The notes beneath the pieces are model-generated. The model searched no databases, was not told the DNA's origin, and saw only the letters and a list, made by a program, of their open reading frames with translations. This document shows, piece by piece, positions 1 to 14,400 of a DNA stretch of 64,000 bases (positions are counted from its first letter, which is position 1; every line of letters begins with the position of its first letter). The stretch spans positions 62,001-126,000 of the forward strand of contig JAQGDQ010000436.1 of assembly GCA_030141605.1 (NCBI GenBank). Reading direction: 5' to 3'. Position numbers and translations under genes: made by a program. The DNA comes from Tubiluchus corallicola. Its lineage: Eukaryota; Animalia; Priapulida.

Positions 1-1553
1 TTCAGAGACCATCTTAGCTAAAATTAACTCGAAATGTTTATTGTTGATCTGCATGGAATATTCACATAATTTTATTAACATTCGCATTTTGTACTCAATA
101 CCTAATAACTGCCAATAATGATGAGGTGAACTGAATAGCCAGGTGATCACGGTGAGCACTCGACAACTGAAAAGGCAACACCAGAGCTGATCAATAAATG
201 GATGGGTGACAATTGGTTCATTGCTTGCTCTACATTTCACTCACTATACTATTGATTCTGACCATGTACTAGAGGATGTATACCCATTCAAAAGTGGCTA
301 AGAGATCTTCCCTGGTTCAGTGTTATCGACTTAACCTTAATAAAGAGGACGATTTTCTTCCTACAACAACTATCTACATCAAGCATGGCCAGCCAATGAA
401 TACTGGATTTCAGCATGCCAGAGTGGACTGTATAAAAAACATGTAAATATGTTGTAATACTCCTGCTGTGTCTGCTGGATGTTAAAAATTAGGATTTTTT
501 TCTGTGTCAAATCGGTACAGAAATTTAAAAGTGTTTCACACAAATAGTCCAAAAATACAATTTTGCTAATCAGCATAGGAAATGGTGCAAAATAAATAGA
601 ACTAGAGTCATCGGATTAACAACCATTTATTCTTGCGTATAATTAGTTTCAGTTAGCAGCATTAACATATTAACAGCGATAAGAAATGACAATGCAAAAT
701 TATATTAATAACAAACATTAAAATAATTATTACGAGCTTATCACAGAATAATTATTATTTAATTTTACTGTCAAATGATAGGAATTCAACACGTAACAAT
801 GTTAAATTGCATATTTGGGCTATGAAAAGTGCTATTACGAACTGTTGACTCTCTTACAATAATGATCCTTAATGTGTTATCACAATATGAACAAGTTGCA
901 ATTCCCTCAGTATCATGACCCCTGCACAAGAAGTAAACACTTTAATGGCAAGCATAATTACAATAGTAATGTTAAATGGAAAATGAAACAATATTGATGA
1001 TTTCATAAACTTTTCTTACAGATTTTTCTAATGAAGGTACATGTGATATAAACTTGTAATTGGTAGCTGATCCCTAACCAAAGTTCAAGTTTTCAGCAAG
1101 TACAAGTTAATTCAAAAGACAATCTTAGCAATTCTCTAAATAAACATGCCAATAGCATTTATGACTCTTTTTAATATCTACTTACAAAAATTAACCAATG
1201 CAAGAAATATTTTCATTAAAAGTTTGTCATAAGCTTCTACAGGCCATAATTGAAATATGTCATGAAATGATGCATAGTATAATAAAAACTCCAAATAGCA
1301 GTTAAGACTAATCAGTGCTAAGTCAGTACAAAGTGTAAGCAAAGAGTGATATGACATTTACTGCATGCAAAACTGCAATGCCAACAACACATGAGGTGAC
1401 CGACTTCTTTATCCAGAAATTGGGTGTCACATGAGAGTTAAGAAAAAATTGACGCTCTATATCGGAGATGACAAAAATACCAGAAAAAGCATGTAATTTA
1501 CACTACTTACTTCAATACTTCAGGTTGAGGAGTAATATTTTTATGATTTTTGA

Positions 1554-1741
<188 letters not shown>

Positions 1742-1874
1742 TTTGTGATAACTTTCAAGTCTAGAAGGTCTACCATTTCTTAACACCTTTTACAGAACTA
1801 GGTTAAACTATTTTTTAAATTGATGACAAAACTTTGCATAAAAATATAAATAAATTAAACATACAACACCGACA

Positions 1875-4682
1875 TCAAGGTAGATTTAATAAATCACTTT
1901 TGGTGTAAGTTTCTTGCACGACACTATAGACAGGTTGTGCTGCCTTCACCACTCGTTGTAAGACTTCGCTTGCCTCTTTCTGATCGACTTCCTTTCCCGG
2001 CTGCATCTTGTGCAAGATTGTTCCTACTGAAGGCAGAGTATACAAGGCAATATTAACACCACTGCGGACCAGCCATGGATGGTGCACTGACAGCGTAGAA
2101 TAGTAGCTCTTGTGTGCAATCTTTGACAGGTGTTCTTCTAAACTGGCTGACGATAATCGGTCTAACAGATCGCTTATAAATTCAAGGGCTCTATAGAAAA
2201 TTGTGAACAATGACGTCACACAGAATTTAAAACTGGCACAGAAAGTACAGCAGTAGAATACATTCAAAATAAAGTCAAACAAGAAAAAGAAATGACAGTC
2301 TCCTTGTCTTTAAGTCTATTGATAATTTAAATTATTGTGATGAGATTTTTCTCCATAATTGTTGCAATGTGAATTTAAAACATGTAAAATTTTGCTCCTC
2401 ACTTTTTTATGGATAGAAGGACGTACGTTACCTGTGCAAACGAAGTAAAGTTCGACTTCCAGACAGAAGCCTGCCTTTCTGATGGATGTCAGTAATATTG
2501 TTTTCTACTTCATAGTCAATCATGCCTTGAACAGTGGCGTAGTGACTGCCAACGTCCGAACGACGATGAGCTCGCAGAATTCCAATCTTCTCGCTAACAT
2601 CGGCCGCAACAAAATGAAACACCTTTCCCATGTGTTCAAAAAACCTAAAACATTTTATTTCTTTTAAATTTACATTGACAGAAGTGCACTGTGACATAAG
2701 CATCTCTCACGGAATATGTAAGGCTCGTGTAATCTGTGGATTCCATGGAAGCCCAGCTTAATGTTTCACATAACATCATATTTTTCTTGTAATGTATTAT
2801 TGTAATGAGTTCCATGCACGACACTTGAGAAATTCATGCTATGTCCCACTATTGTAATTAATTAGCCTATCTATTATACCTCACCGCAAGTTTATTTATT
2901 ATGTCGAGTTATGCAGAGGACTGGAACGTATCTAGTTATTTCCTAAGATGAGATGCAGAGCTGGAAGACTTGTCTTACTTATGGCTATATACAGCTATAT
3001 TTGGATGTATATGTAATAAAATTGTACATCGTCTCTCAACAAAAGGGCTAGCCCGAGACAGTAAAGTAAATAAAACATGGTGGTCATTGTTTACTAGTCA
3101 GACCAAGCATTGTTTAACTTTTATAACTAACCACACACTGTGACTTCTTTGCTATTCCCATCATATAGTATATATAGCATATCTTACCATAATTAAACAA
3201 AAAAATAAGATATAAATATATTGAGCTGACCTCAAGCCTCAGTAATTCTTCACATTCATGCATCTCTTGTAAGGTGCATGTGAGATGTTAATCTTATAGT
3301 GTTATCACAAACTTTATACAGCTATGTAAAAGTGTCAATTCAATTCAATTCAATTTACTGTGCAAATATGCATGTTGGGAGCCGTTTGGACCACTGCGCC
3401 AAGTAGACCACTTGATGCGCTAAAAGTAGTGTCCTACATGGGCAGCCCAAGTAGGACACTAGCGATTTTTGTCGAGAAACTTGCTCTGGCAAAACTTGTT
3501 TCCAGTTTATATTACCATTGTTTATAAGTATTGTTATGACATAATAAAGCATAAAACAAAATTTCTTTTAGAAATGGATATTCCTTGGCAATTTACAAAT
3601 GCATTTCTTACAATAATTTCATCATTATAATTAACTCCATTAATATATCATAACATTAAACCTAGTATCTAATTCTTTAAAGAGAGAAATTCTGCACACA
3701 GTTATTACAGAAATAATTGCAAATTTAAAAATGAGACAGCTGCTGCTAAGCCTTCACAACACCAAAAAATAATTTTTAACATTTAAGAAAAGCAAGGATA
3801 ATTAGTTTTAATATTATCAGTAGTATTGTAACATGTAGGGCACTGTCCTACATGGCTCGCTAGCCCATGTAGGACATATAGATCGCTAGAACGTTTACTT
3901 ATAAGAAAACAATTATTTGCCCAAGGGGTAGTGAAACGGATCACCTGTTTGTGAAGTGAGACAAAATCAAAAATGATATACCTTAAACAAATGTTGAATT
4001 CGCAAAAAAGTGGGGTTTTTTCACTTCAACAACATTAATATCGAAACCAAATTTAATATTGTCCGTTCTACCAGCTCAGAATGAAATTCTTTTATTTTAT
4101 TAGATGTATAATAAATTATTCAACGTGTATTAACGTTTTTAATTATTATTATTACATAAACAAGCACAACGGACGGTGTCAGTACACTTAACGACTGAAT
4201 TCACGACCTGTCTCTAGTGTCCTACTTGGGCAGCCCAAGTAGACCGCGGTCTACTTGGGCTAGCCCAAGTAGACCAATTGGTCTACTTGGCGCAGTGGTC
4301 CAAACGGCTCCCAACAATGCAATTAACATTACATACATTGGCAAGTACAAAAAGAAAATTATATACAGGTAGAATTACAGATTATTATCATACATATAAA
4401 AAAACTGACGTACTGCTACTTAGTTATACTAGCTATTGAGATGCAGATCAGAGAAGAGATGTCAGAAGAACTGCTGAAGGGTTGGCTGGTTCCAGTGAGC
4501 TGATGTTATTTTGTGCCTTTTTCTTAAATAAATCAGGTAACTAATGAGAAAACTCACTTGTTCAGTTCTTCATATGCTTGCAAATATAAATCCATGTCAA
4601 TGACGTTTCCTGGAATTTTCAAACATTCGACAAAAGAATCGGCTACAATATTAAGATCAAAATCAACGTGATTTGTAGCCAT
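1875..4682 (-). CDS. CPTP: Ceramide-1-phosphate transfer protein (GLTP-fold), 3 exons, about 217 aa
   Basis: Exons 4682-4558, 2644-2432, 2190-1875 with GT-AG sites and matching phases. Protein MATNHVDFDLNIVADSFVECL...FFEHMGKVFHFVAADVSEKI...SGSRTLLRLHRALEF...HHPWLVR...LLNLP matches CPTP motifs (RTxLRLHRAL, HPWxVR, C-terminal LLxLP). Confidence 0.92.
3373..4316. mobile_element. Non-autonomous DNA transposon with TGT...ACA ends (Ginger-like) in CPTP intron 1
   Basis: Perfect 38-bp terminal inverted repeats (TIRs) TGTTGGGAGCCGTTTGGACCACTGCGCCAAGTAGACCA at 3373-3410 and 4279-4316; 5-bp direct flank ATGCA at 3368-3372 and 4317-4321. Superfamily is inferred from the ends only. Confidence 0.85.
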
Positions 4683-5492
4683 TTAATCAGCGAACGGTCG
4701 ACTGCTACTCAGATTAGCTGAACATCCTAGTGAGGATGAGTGATAAACTAGAATCCAACTAGTACACACTACACTCTAAACTTACAACTAAACAGAAACA
4801 AAATGCTAAGCTAATCATTTATTAATAGACATAGAACATTTAATGATTGTGCACATACGACATCACAAATTTTGGAACTGTAAATGTAAATTAATTAAAT
4901 GCAGTGCTTTGTAATTCTAGGTAATTTTTCTCCATTCATGGAAATATTCAATACCGGAAACGTTTGAATAAACACTTCTATTTGAAAAGTTTCCCTTATT
5001 GTCTTTTTTTAACACGTGAACAATATGTGGGGAAAATAAAAAAAAATTTAATTCTATTAATTATAATGTTCTTGCAAGGAAGTAAAAATTATCTACAAGG
5101 TATTAGAATGCCATTCTGACATCCTAATGCCTCTATTAGCCCATGTAATTTCGCTTGCTCCTTTATGATGTGGATATACAGATAAAAATATTTGAATAAC
5201 CGCAGTGAATCGCCTATGAGTAAAAATTGATAGTTAGTGCTGTCACAAGCACGTTGACTACTTTAACATTAATGCTACTGTTTCCTCATTTCATTTTTTT
5301 CCAATTCGTATTAATATACTTATAGCAAGGCACAGCATAGCAGAAATACAAGCCGAATTGTAACAAGATAGTTTGTAATGCCTGCACCATTGTGTTTTAT
5401 TTTTTCCTCGGTTTGATTGCTCTTAATATCGCATGATATTATCTATCCAGTAAAACAATCTCAGAAGCTCAGGAATTAAGTTTCAACCTAAA
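4683..5492. promoter_or_regulatory. Probable bidirectional promoter between CPTP and FERRY3
   Basis: Divergent start codons about 810 bp apart; ETS-like CCGGAA near 4953; possible FERRY3 5'UTR intron (donor 4921, acceptor 5450). Confidence 0.55.
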
Positions 5493-8400
5493 ATGGCATC
5501 AGAATTGACATCACAGCATTTTAGTTTTTTCAGACACGTAATGGAAAAAAAGCAGGATAGACAGACAAATTTCTCCTACAAATACAACGATGGAACGGGT
5601 TTCACTGAAGTGGCTACTCTTGTTTCGATTCCAGCTTCTGCTACACATGCACAGGAACTAGCCGGAAGACTGATTTCACAGTATAATATTCCACCATATG
5701 CAGTAAAAGGTATTTTTGATTATTATTATCATCACTTGTTTTCGATCAGCATGATGTACCTGCCAGTGTGATCATAACAATTAAAAAGTGAGTACTCAAC
5801 AAACGGTAGGGAAGTTCATTGCACTTTGTGTCTTACAGTTATTTTTACTCGTAAAAGAACTTTTGTTAGCTAGTAAAAAATCTTTGTACATTCATTTGTG
5901 TAACTGGATGGTCTAAATTATGTGAGTTTGGTGAATGTATTTTATTTTTCAGGTCTAACAGCAACATTATGTGAATTTATTAAAGAGAAATCAGCTCTAT
6001 ATTATGAACAAATTGGAGATATAGCTGTTGATGCCCTTTTTAAACAGCCTCCCGAGGAACTGGCCTCTAAATGGGCTGACAAGTATAAACAGGTAGATAC
6101 ATTTCATTTCTTATGATGAAAATAATTTCCTCAAGACAAACAGCATTTTTCTGTTATTGCTTTCTAGTAATAAGTGGCTGCATAGGCATTTGGTAACAAT
6201 CTAACATTTTGATCTTGCGTTCGGTTTTAATTTCCGAATTTCGGGATCACTGGATCAGGATTGGATTCTCAATAATGATTTATTTTAAAGTGAAAATTAT
6301 CCTTTCTGCAGTTGTGTCACTATTATCTTATCACAACTTTCAAATAGGTTTGATTGGACGTGACGAATACAAAGTTAATGTAGTGATTACAAAAAACTGA
6401 GAATGTCTGATTTTTTGCTACATATGTTATCACTAATGACTATGGTAGATTTATGAATCTTAACCATGTTAGTTTCAATATTACGACATTTACATTAATC
6501 CTAAAACTCTTCAAATTGAGTGCACCAGTCTCAGGACTGGAATTGTCATCTGAATTAACAGTTCAGAGATACAAGGCAGAAAAACTATGTGACTTGAGAC
6601 AGCTACACTCTAGAAACCACGCGAACTTGTTTGTAGAAAAACATTTCTGAAATTCTTTCTTTTGAACTTGTCTGATCAACCTTAATTCGTTCTTACTGTT
6701 TTTTGCTTGTAAGCAACTCCTTAGACATGAACCGCCTCGGTGCCTCCTCTTAATCCAGCAGTAATCTAAATGCATAGAGATTATAAATATATAAATATAA
6801 AGAAAAGTTCATAATAAGCTCATTTACTGTCAGACAGGGATAGTTGTTTATTAGCCACTGTAAAATGAAACTGTGCAATTTGGAACAATTGCAAAATGGT
6901 TAGAGCTGCAACTGTAGCATTCTAACTACTGCAAATTGCATCAATTTTAATCAAGCATAGAATTGTATTCTAAGCAAGCATATTTGCCATTCGTTTTGAC
7001 ACTAGACTACAAAAGTCAAATAGAGGCGCAACACTACAAGTCATTTCTGACCACATTGGTTTTTCTATTTCCTTTACATGCAGATGGCATGGTAAAATCA
7101 GCACGTGCAATTTTTTTACACAGGGAGTGAAATATTTCACTAAGATTTCTCCCTGCTACGCACTGCCCCACAATTTTTTATCTGCTGTGATGTCCTTTCA
7201 GAACGAGATCTGGTTCTCTTCATTTTCATCCATTCAATGGCCCTCCGCTACAGGCAACAACAGTGAATTTGGCAACAGCTCTAATGGTGCCAACTATTCC
7301 TGTATCAAACTTCAAAATGTGTAAATGTTTTTGATTTTAGGAAAGTGTTAACATGACAATTGATAAACCAGCCTAATCAAATTTAATCCTAAAATGTTGT
7401 TAACAGAATCATGCTGCCTATGGAAAACCTCAGCCAATCACGAATGATGAAGTGTTTGCAGAGATTTACCACAACCTGATTCATTCGCCGGCGCTAAACA
7501 CGTTGCTGACGTTGGAGCACACGTATGCCGTTGCCGTAGCAGATCTAATCAGCAAGCGGGATCAAAACCTAAAGAAAGTAGAAGAAATGTAAGCCTGTTG
7601 TGCTGTTTCAAAGTGATCTGAATTTGACATACGGCAAATTTATTTTTGCTCTAAAAAAATTCTGCAAAGATTGATACAAAATCAGCAATAATTGTTTGTT
7701 AAATATTTGAGTAGTTAAAGTAGGCTTGCGGAAACATATATGTGCTTGCGGAGCAAAATCGTCCATAAGTCGGCAGCCAAGCTTTTTTAGTTACTCACAT
7801 ATCCTGTTTCATGAGAATCATTGTGATATCAAGCTCATCACTCTATGTTATCTCTAAGCTGAGATAATCAACGTTGAAATTGAGATGCATGCTGCGCCCT
7901 GAAAAATATAATCTTGAGAAAATCACTGTTAAAGTCAACCATTGTAAGATTTAAGATTAAGAAATCATCTTGAGATTGCTAAGTGCTAAAGTAATTCAGC
8001 AAACTGTTTGATTTCTGTTTATACTCTTGCATTATTTAAATTGTAAGCCACCAGAAATGCAAAACAGTTTAAAGCTTTTGATTTAAAATATGCTGGTGCG
8101 TTTTATAGTCCACATTTGCTGCAAGCCATTTCAGAAACTTACAAGCAAAATGTAATTTGCTACTACATATATGATTACAAACCACTTCGCTTTGGCTGGC
8201 TGTTAGCAGCAGGTGGCTATGTCACGGTCAAGTCTTCTCCTCTGCTAATGCTGTGCTCACTGCACTGATTGTGACCACGGAGTTAAACTCTGCAGAGTTA
8301 AACTACAGTACATTCTACAGCTGTAGCTTGAATTATTTCTCACGGCTTTTATCAGCAGACAGTCAAGCTTGTGCTGAATATCAATGATTCAGATTAGCGC

Positions 8401-11400
8401 GATACTGGTTCACTTTGACGATACACTTATCCTCACAAAAGATATCAAGACGCATCGGTGTATTGTTACAGGCTTAGTATGTAGCTCGAAAACACCTTCG
8501 AGTATAATTACTTTTAATACTTGTGTTTTAGCAGTCTATATATGAACAAGCTAAATTTATCAATTTGGTTCCCTTTAATTGATGAGTGCTACTAAATTTT
8601 GTAATTGTATGAATTGCATTGTCCAAATGAAAATATTATTCAGTTAATCAAAGTTGTGTGTGTGTGAGTGACACTGTGTCACATCCTTTGGTTTCATCAA
8701 TAAAAGTGATGTCATCATTTGTCACTGGATTTGGGTCTATATCTTTATCTTTTATTTGGTCAGTCCAGTTTTACTTGATGCACACGACACAGTTTGCTGT
8801 ACGTTAGTTCAGTTTAGTTGGACGTTTTGCATGTTGCAAGTTTCCTTCCTCTTAAATGAATGACAGATTTGAATTTATTGTAGTCAGGCAATAGAAATGA
8901 ATCATGCAGTACAGAACTTGGGAAAAGGTTTTACAGATTCTGATGTCAATGACATAGCTGCTAAGCACTTTGAGAATATTCAGGTAAGCTCGTAAGCAGA
9001 ACTAGTATATAATTGTTTCTTGTTGTTCTTAATAGGTGGGGCAACACATTTGCATAATAAACTGTAGTGTTATGAGGCGAATATACAATCTTGATTAATT
9101 TATCTGCACCAAAATTTTACCAGAAAATGTTTTGCGAAATTCAGTTTTAAAGAAGTAATATTTGATGTAACTGTAACTATAACCATGTAATACCAAATTT
9201 CATTATTAACTTGGGAAATTATGTTCTTGTTTGATGTATCTTTGAAATTTTTCAGTAACGCTCTTGCAAACAAGAGAAAATCTACTCTTACTGATGGTAC
9301 TTCAAAAAACGTGTAGCTGAACATTGTAATAAACAGTTACTTGGTTTGGGAAAACAAGATTCATCATCAAAATTTACTGATACTGTTGTATTCAGACATT
9401 GTTTGTTGCAGCTTGTTGAGAGCAAGTGGGCGAGTGAGATCTCTGCACTGAAGGAAACGCAAAAACGAGAATATAGAGAATTCGTCATGAACGTTCAAGA
9501 GCATACGCAAAGCACCGAAGGTCCGGCTTTTCTGTATGTATATTAATTTCTACTCGTACAATTCTGTGATGTGCGAACATTACGACGTCTTTGCTCTGAA
9601 GCTAATATATTGAGAGTATTGCCTGCATACTAATTAGGTGACATAAAAGCACATCTTTACTGTTTTTAATGGTGATAGAAGAAGCTGTATGGACCTTGAA
9701 CTGAAGATCTATTGTTCAAATCCAAGTTCAGTCCAAACTTTTCTTTTAACAAGTTATGTTTTAGAAGCTTTGTCATTTTATTCCATTGCAATATATCTCT
9801 TTTGTAGACCATCTATTTTACTTTTTTCTATGTACAGTATTATTTCTGAAAGTGCTACTAGGTTATTCATACTGTGGTGCAAACTAGATAGCAATAATGT
9901 AATGAATTTTTATTGAAATAAAATAATCAAGGTAACCTGGTACTTTCCTAAAGGCCTTATTAAAGTAAATTAGTTTTATTTACTAACTCTTGTTAATCAT
10001 TTACTGTATGCAACTAATTCTCCGTGTTCACTTTTATATCCAAAATAAAAAATAAATTGAAATTGAAGTTTTTACTTAAATTTTTAATAAATATAACAGT
10101 TTGTTTGCACATTCACAATATCGTTTAATGTTTGCGATTAATTTCAGTGTTGTCACTTTGTAAGCACATAATTAATTTACATTGACTTGGTCTCAAAGCT
10201 TTAATAATTGTTTGTTTATAGTTAAAAACAACACAACTTTATTCAAAACTTTTACATTAAAAAATTAAAATCTTGATAAAATGTTTCAACGAGCTGCTGC
10301 TGTCATCATCAGTGGTAAATTTACAAACATGCAACCGGTTTATGTAGGCAGAGCCTTTTATGCACTAATTAAGTAGTTAACAGAACCCAAATAGGTAATG
10401 AATAAACAGATCAGTAAAGAAATTGATACAGTAAATTAAGCACCGATTATGTATTTACAAAAGCCAAATAGGTAATGATTAAACAGACTTGAAGAAAAGA
10501 AACTGATACAGCAAGAAATAGCTAAGTGTTTGGAAATAAAGTTAAAGAAATTGAACTGCTTTGCACATTAAGAGAAGGCTTATTAGGGTACATAGATAAA
10601 CTCTTTTATTAATAAGTCCCAGTTATTTGTAGATCTGGTCACAACGCTGAAACTATTAAAATCAACTTTGTGGCCAGAGGCACAAGTATGGTCATTAATT
10701 TAATGCTGGATTGAGGGGAATGTTTTAATTTTTTGCCAGTTCTAGACGAAATACCCAAAATGTTCACAAATTGTCAGTTCTAGACGAAATACCCAAATGT
10801 TCACAAATTCTTACTTTAAAAGTGCCTGGGTGTTTTGCCCTGCATGCTCTGCTTATCGTGGAGTTTTTATTTTGCAGTCCAAGACTGAGAGCTCTCTCTG
10901 AAATAGGAGACGAACAAGAAAGACTTTCACAGAATGTTATAAGATGGGAAGAGAGTTTTACAATACACTTAGGTACTCAGATTCAACTTTTTCACCTTAG
11001 CACCACACCTCGCCATTTCATAACCTGACAACAGTTTCTATTGATTTTCCCTCATTGATTTACATTCATTACCCCCAAAACTCTATATTAGAGATGCAAT
11101 ATCATTTGATAGATGCTGCAGAAAGAAACTGTAGGCCATTGAAAGACATATGGTCAGTGTGATTTTAAAAACATGTTTTTCCCTAAAATTAAATTCTTTA
11201 CAACATTCTGCACACTTTGGTGTCTACTGAACTCTTCAGGATGTACAGTATGAAAGATAATGGTCTCCATTCTCAAACTTGTTCCATTAACATTTTAGAA
11301 ACAGTAGTAACAGAGGCATGCCGCAAATGTAACTGTAGACTGTGCAGCCAAGTAATGGAAGTAGGATAGAAGATAAATAGAAAAAACTGTAGGAATTTGT

Positions 11401-14400
11401 ACCAAGGCCAATATATGAAAAGATTTTGAAAGTAGAATAGAAAATGCAAAATGTTTTGTAAGTATCAGAAAACGTATTTTTATGAAATGTAAGAGAAGTC
11501 CATTGTTGAAGACCATTGTTCAAGACCATTGTTGAAGACCATTGCTGCAGTTTTGCATTTAATTTTGATCTAAATTGATTTAGTCTCACCGCTCATCATT
11601 CAAAAACACAACCTATTCTGAAACAGCAATTTTGTTAAAAAGTTTATTGCAATTCTTAAATTAGGATTAACCTGTAATTTTTCATGATCACTTTTTTTCA
11701 CGTAGTGTAAGGTCGTTTGCAAAGTGTCTTGTTTCTTTCGTTTTTCTACCTGTCTCTTTCCCTGGCTGTCTGTCTGTCATTCTGTCTGTCTGCTGTTTGA
11801 CTGCTAGATCATAGCATACATTTCTTCTTATTTTCAGGTGCTCAGCTGAAGACTACTCACAATCTACGACTGCTTTGCACTGATATCCTGGATTTGTGCA
11901 GGCACAGAACTAATAAAGTAAAACTTTTTTGATTTATAAATTTCTTTCTACTGTTTTTTGAGGCAGCCAGTAAAATCTTTAACGTTAGCACATGATAAAA
12001 ACTGGAAAAACTTGTCAAAAAAATCAAAATTAATAGATAATAATAAAAAATTCTACTTTTATAAAGATTACTGTTTTCACTGTCTGGTGTAAAACCATGT
12101 GAATGTTTGACGGTAATTAATTGACTGGGTTATGATTGCAACAGTTTCTCAATGACATTGAAAAGATTTAGTAAATATTTTAAATAAGAAATAATATAAT
12201 AAAACATTAAAATCATGATTACATGTATTTAGTTTTGATAATTGTAGAAGACTAGTTTGTCTTTCTTGATGCCAGATGTATATTTTCTATCTTACTTGAT
12301 ATTTTATGAAAGTTTCAAGCCGTTGTAATGGACGTTTACTTGTTTATTTTGAACAGGTGGAAGGGATCATAGTTCCCCAACCTCAACGATTACAGACTGC
12401 CATGTCTTTGTATTCAAATTCTCTATGTGCTTTAGTGTTGCTCGTTGACAATCGACTGAACTTGTACACCGGTATAAAGAGAGGTATGTGTCTAGCATGT
12501 TTTAATTCTTGTAGACTGTAATGGTAATATTAAGTAACAAATTTATTACATGTGGTGAGGGAATTAGAATAGTTGAATGGTCATGGTGTGAGTCTAGCGA
12601 CCTAAGTTAAGCTGCACCGAGCTTGGATTATAAATAGACGGGTGATCTGCAAGAAAATCTAGGTTTCTAGGTAGTTTTACTACCATGTCCCTTGCTGTTT
12701 GGCTCATTGAAGGGAGTTGTATCTGGTCTGAATGTGGCAGTGGTGCATTTGTCTCCACATAGTGTCTGACTTAGTGAATTATCATTGATAATGAACTGTA
12801 TTCTGGCTATCGAAAATTTGTTTTATTGTATACGATTTTTATGTTAATAAAGCTCAGGGGAGAAACCTATGGTACATTAATCTGGCAATCTATTTGTAAC
12901 AGGACTGAATCTGTCAGTAATATTTTTCTGATTACCGTTAAGATTGGGTTATGCGATTATCCATTTCAAAGTGAACCTCGATATGTATTTCTTTAATTGT
13001 TTGTGTCTCACTACTTTGAACGTTTAATCATTTTTATTTAGTCATTCGTACTTGCTATTTCAAAAGTTCACAAACCAATGACAAAAAAACAGATAAGATT
13101 TGATTAAAATGTGGCCACAATAAAATACATTATTATTTCATTCCAGTAACATTTCTATTCACTTATAACTTGAGATCAATAGTATGATTCACACATTACA
13201 AATTTCACAAACATAAGGCGTTATTTTCATAAATGTTTACTTACATACTACCACTTACATGAATGGCATAATTATCACAAGTAGCACAATGCGTTAAGCA
13301 CAATAATCACCTTAAAAGGCATAATATAAATTCAAGTTAGGTGCACCATAATGTTAACTATAATTTAGCACTATAGGCCTACATAGAGGGACTTGCTCTA
13401 TTAGTCTGTGAAAGCTAAGAGAGTCGTCCCGTTGTTCATGTCAAGGGGCCTTTTATAAACTTCCTTCATAAATTAATCTAAATAGTGGGTTTCATGCAAT
13501 GCATACTTGTCTGGTCTGGAACTACCTACAGACCTATTCTAAGAGCAAATCTAAGTTTAACATTCAAGGCTATATTATAAGAGTGTAGCAAGTCCCTCTG
13601 TGCATTATAGGAAAATTCATTAACTAGAAAAGATGCTAGAGAATTTAGGGGCGATTTTATAGATACACAAAATTAAATTTATCTTCGGGAAATATATATG
13701 CGATTTCCCGACACTGGACTTGACTAAGTGGACTCGTCAGGTGAGAGCCGAATCAGAACTTTCGGAATAATAGACTATATAAAAAACAGGTTTTGCCTAG
13801 AATATAACAATTTGCTGCTAAACTACAAATTTCACTTGCTGCCCAATGTTGCACAATTAAGTAATAGGGCCTAAAATACATGAATATTTATTGCTTGTTG
13901 ATGGTATTTACTCTGACAAATTCATCCTGGCTAGGAATTCAGCTCTCATTGAGCCAAATGAAGTTAAGTAATGTGCCTAAAAATACAAATACAATTTTTC
14001 AGTTTTTGATGGTAAAGTATTTTGTTTGGTTTGTCGATTTAGCGATTTATGAAAACCCGCAGAAAATTTTCAGTTTTCCTGTCAGTGGTATGAGTAGAAA
14101 GTAACATGTGAAATTGTTAATCTTTGTTTTGGTTATTTGTTATAGAATTTGCTCGTGTTTGTGAAGTCTCGACAGATTTTCATTTCCCGGATTTAGAATT
14201 GCAGCTTGAGATTATACAAGCTGATGCAATACGAGCAAACGAAGTTCGTGCGCAGAAAAAGATGGAACAAAATGTTGACGGAGGCAGCATAGCTAGCAAC
14301 CACAGTGGAGGGAGCAGCAACAGTGAATCCCAGAAAGAGGAGAGGCATAAAAACTTGCAAGTCGGTGATTTCTACACCACGCGGCATTCTAATCTTTCCG

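Noticed and set aside
4216-4290. Palindromic repeats that look CRISPR-like
   Set aside because: No unique spacers and no cas genes; they are subterminal repeats of a TIR element in a eukaryotic intron.
13700-13770. Second hammerhead (CTGACGAGTCC on the minus strand) or U7-like AATCAGAACTTTCGGA
   Set aside because: No closing GGAC-GAAA for a ribozyme, and no Sm site or hairpin for U7.
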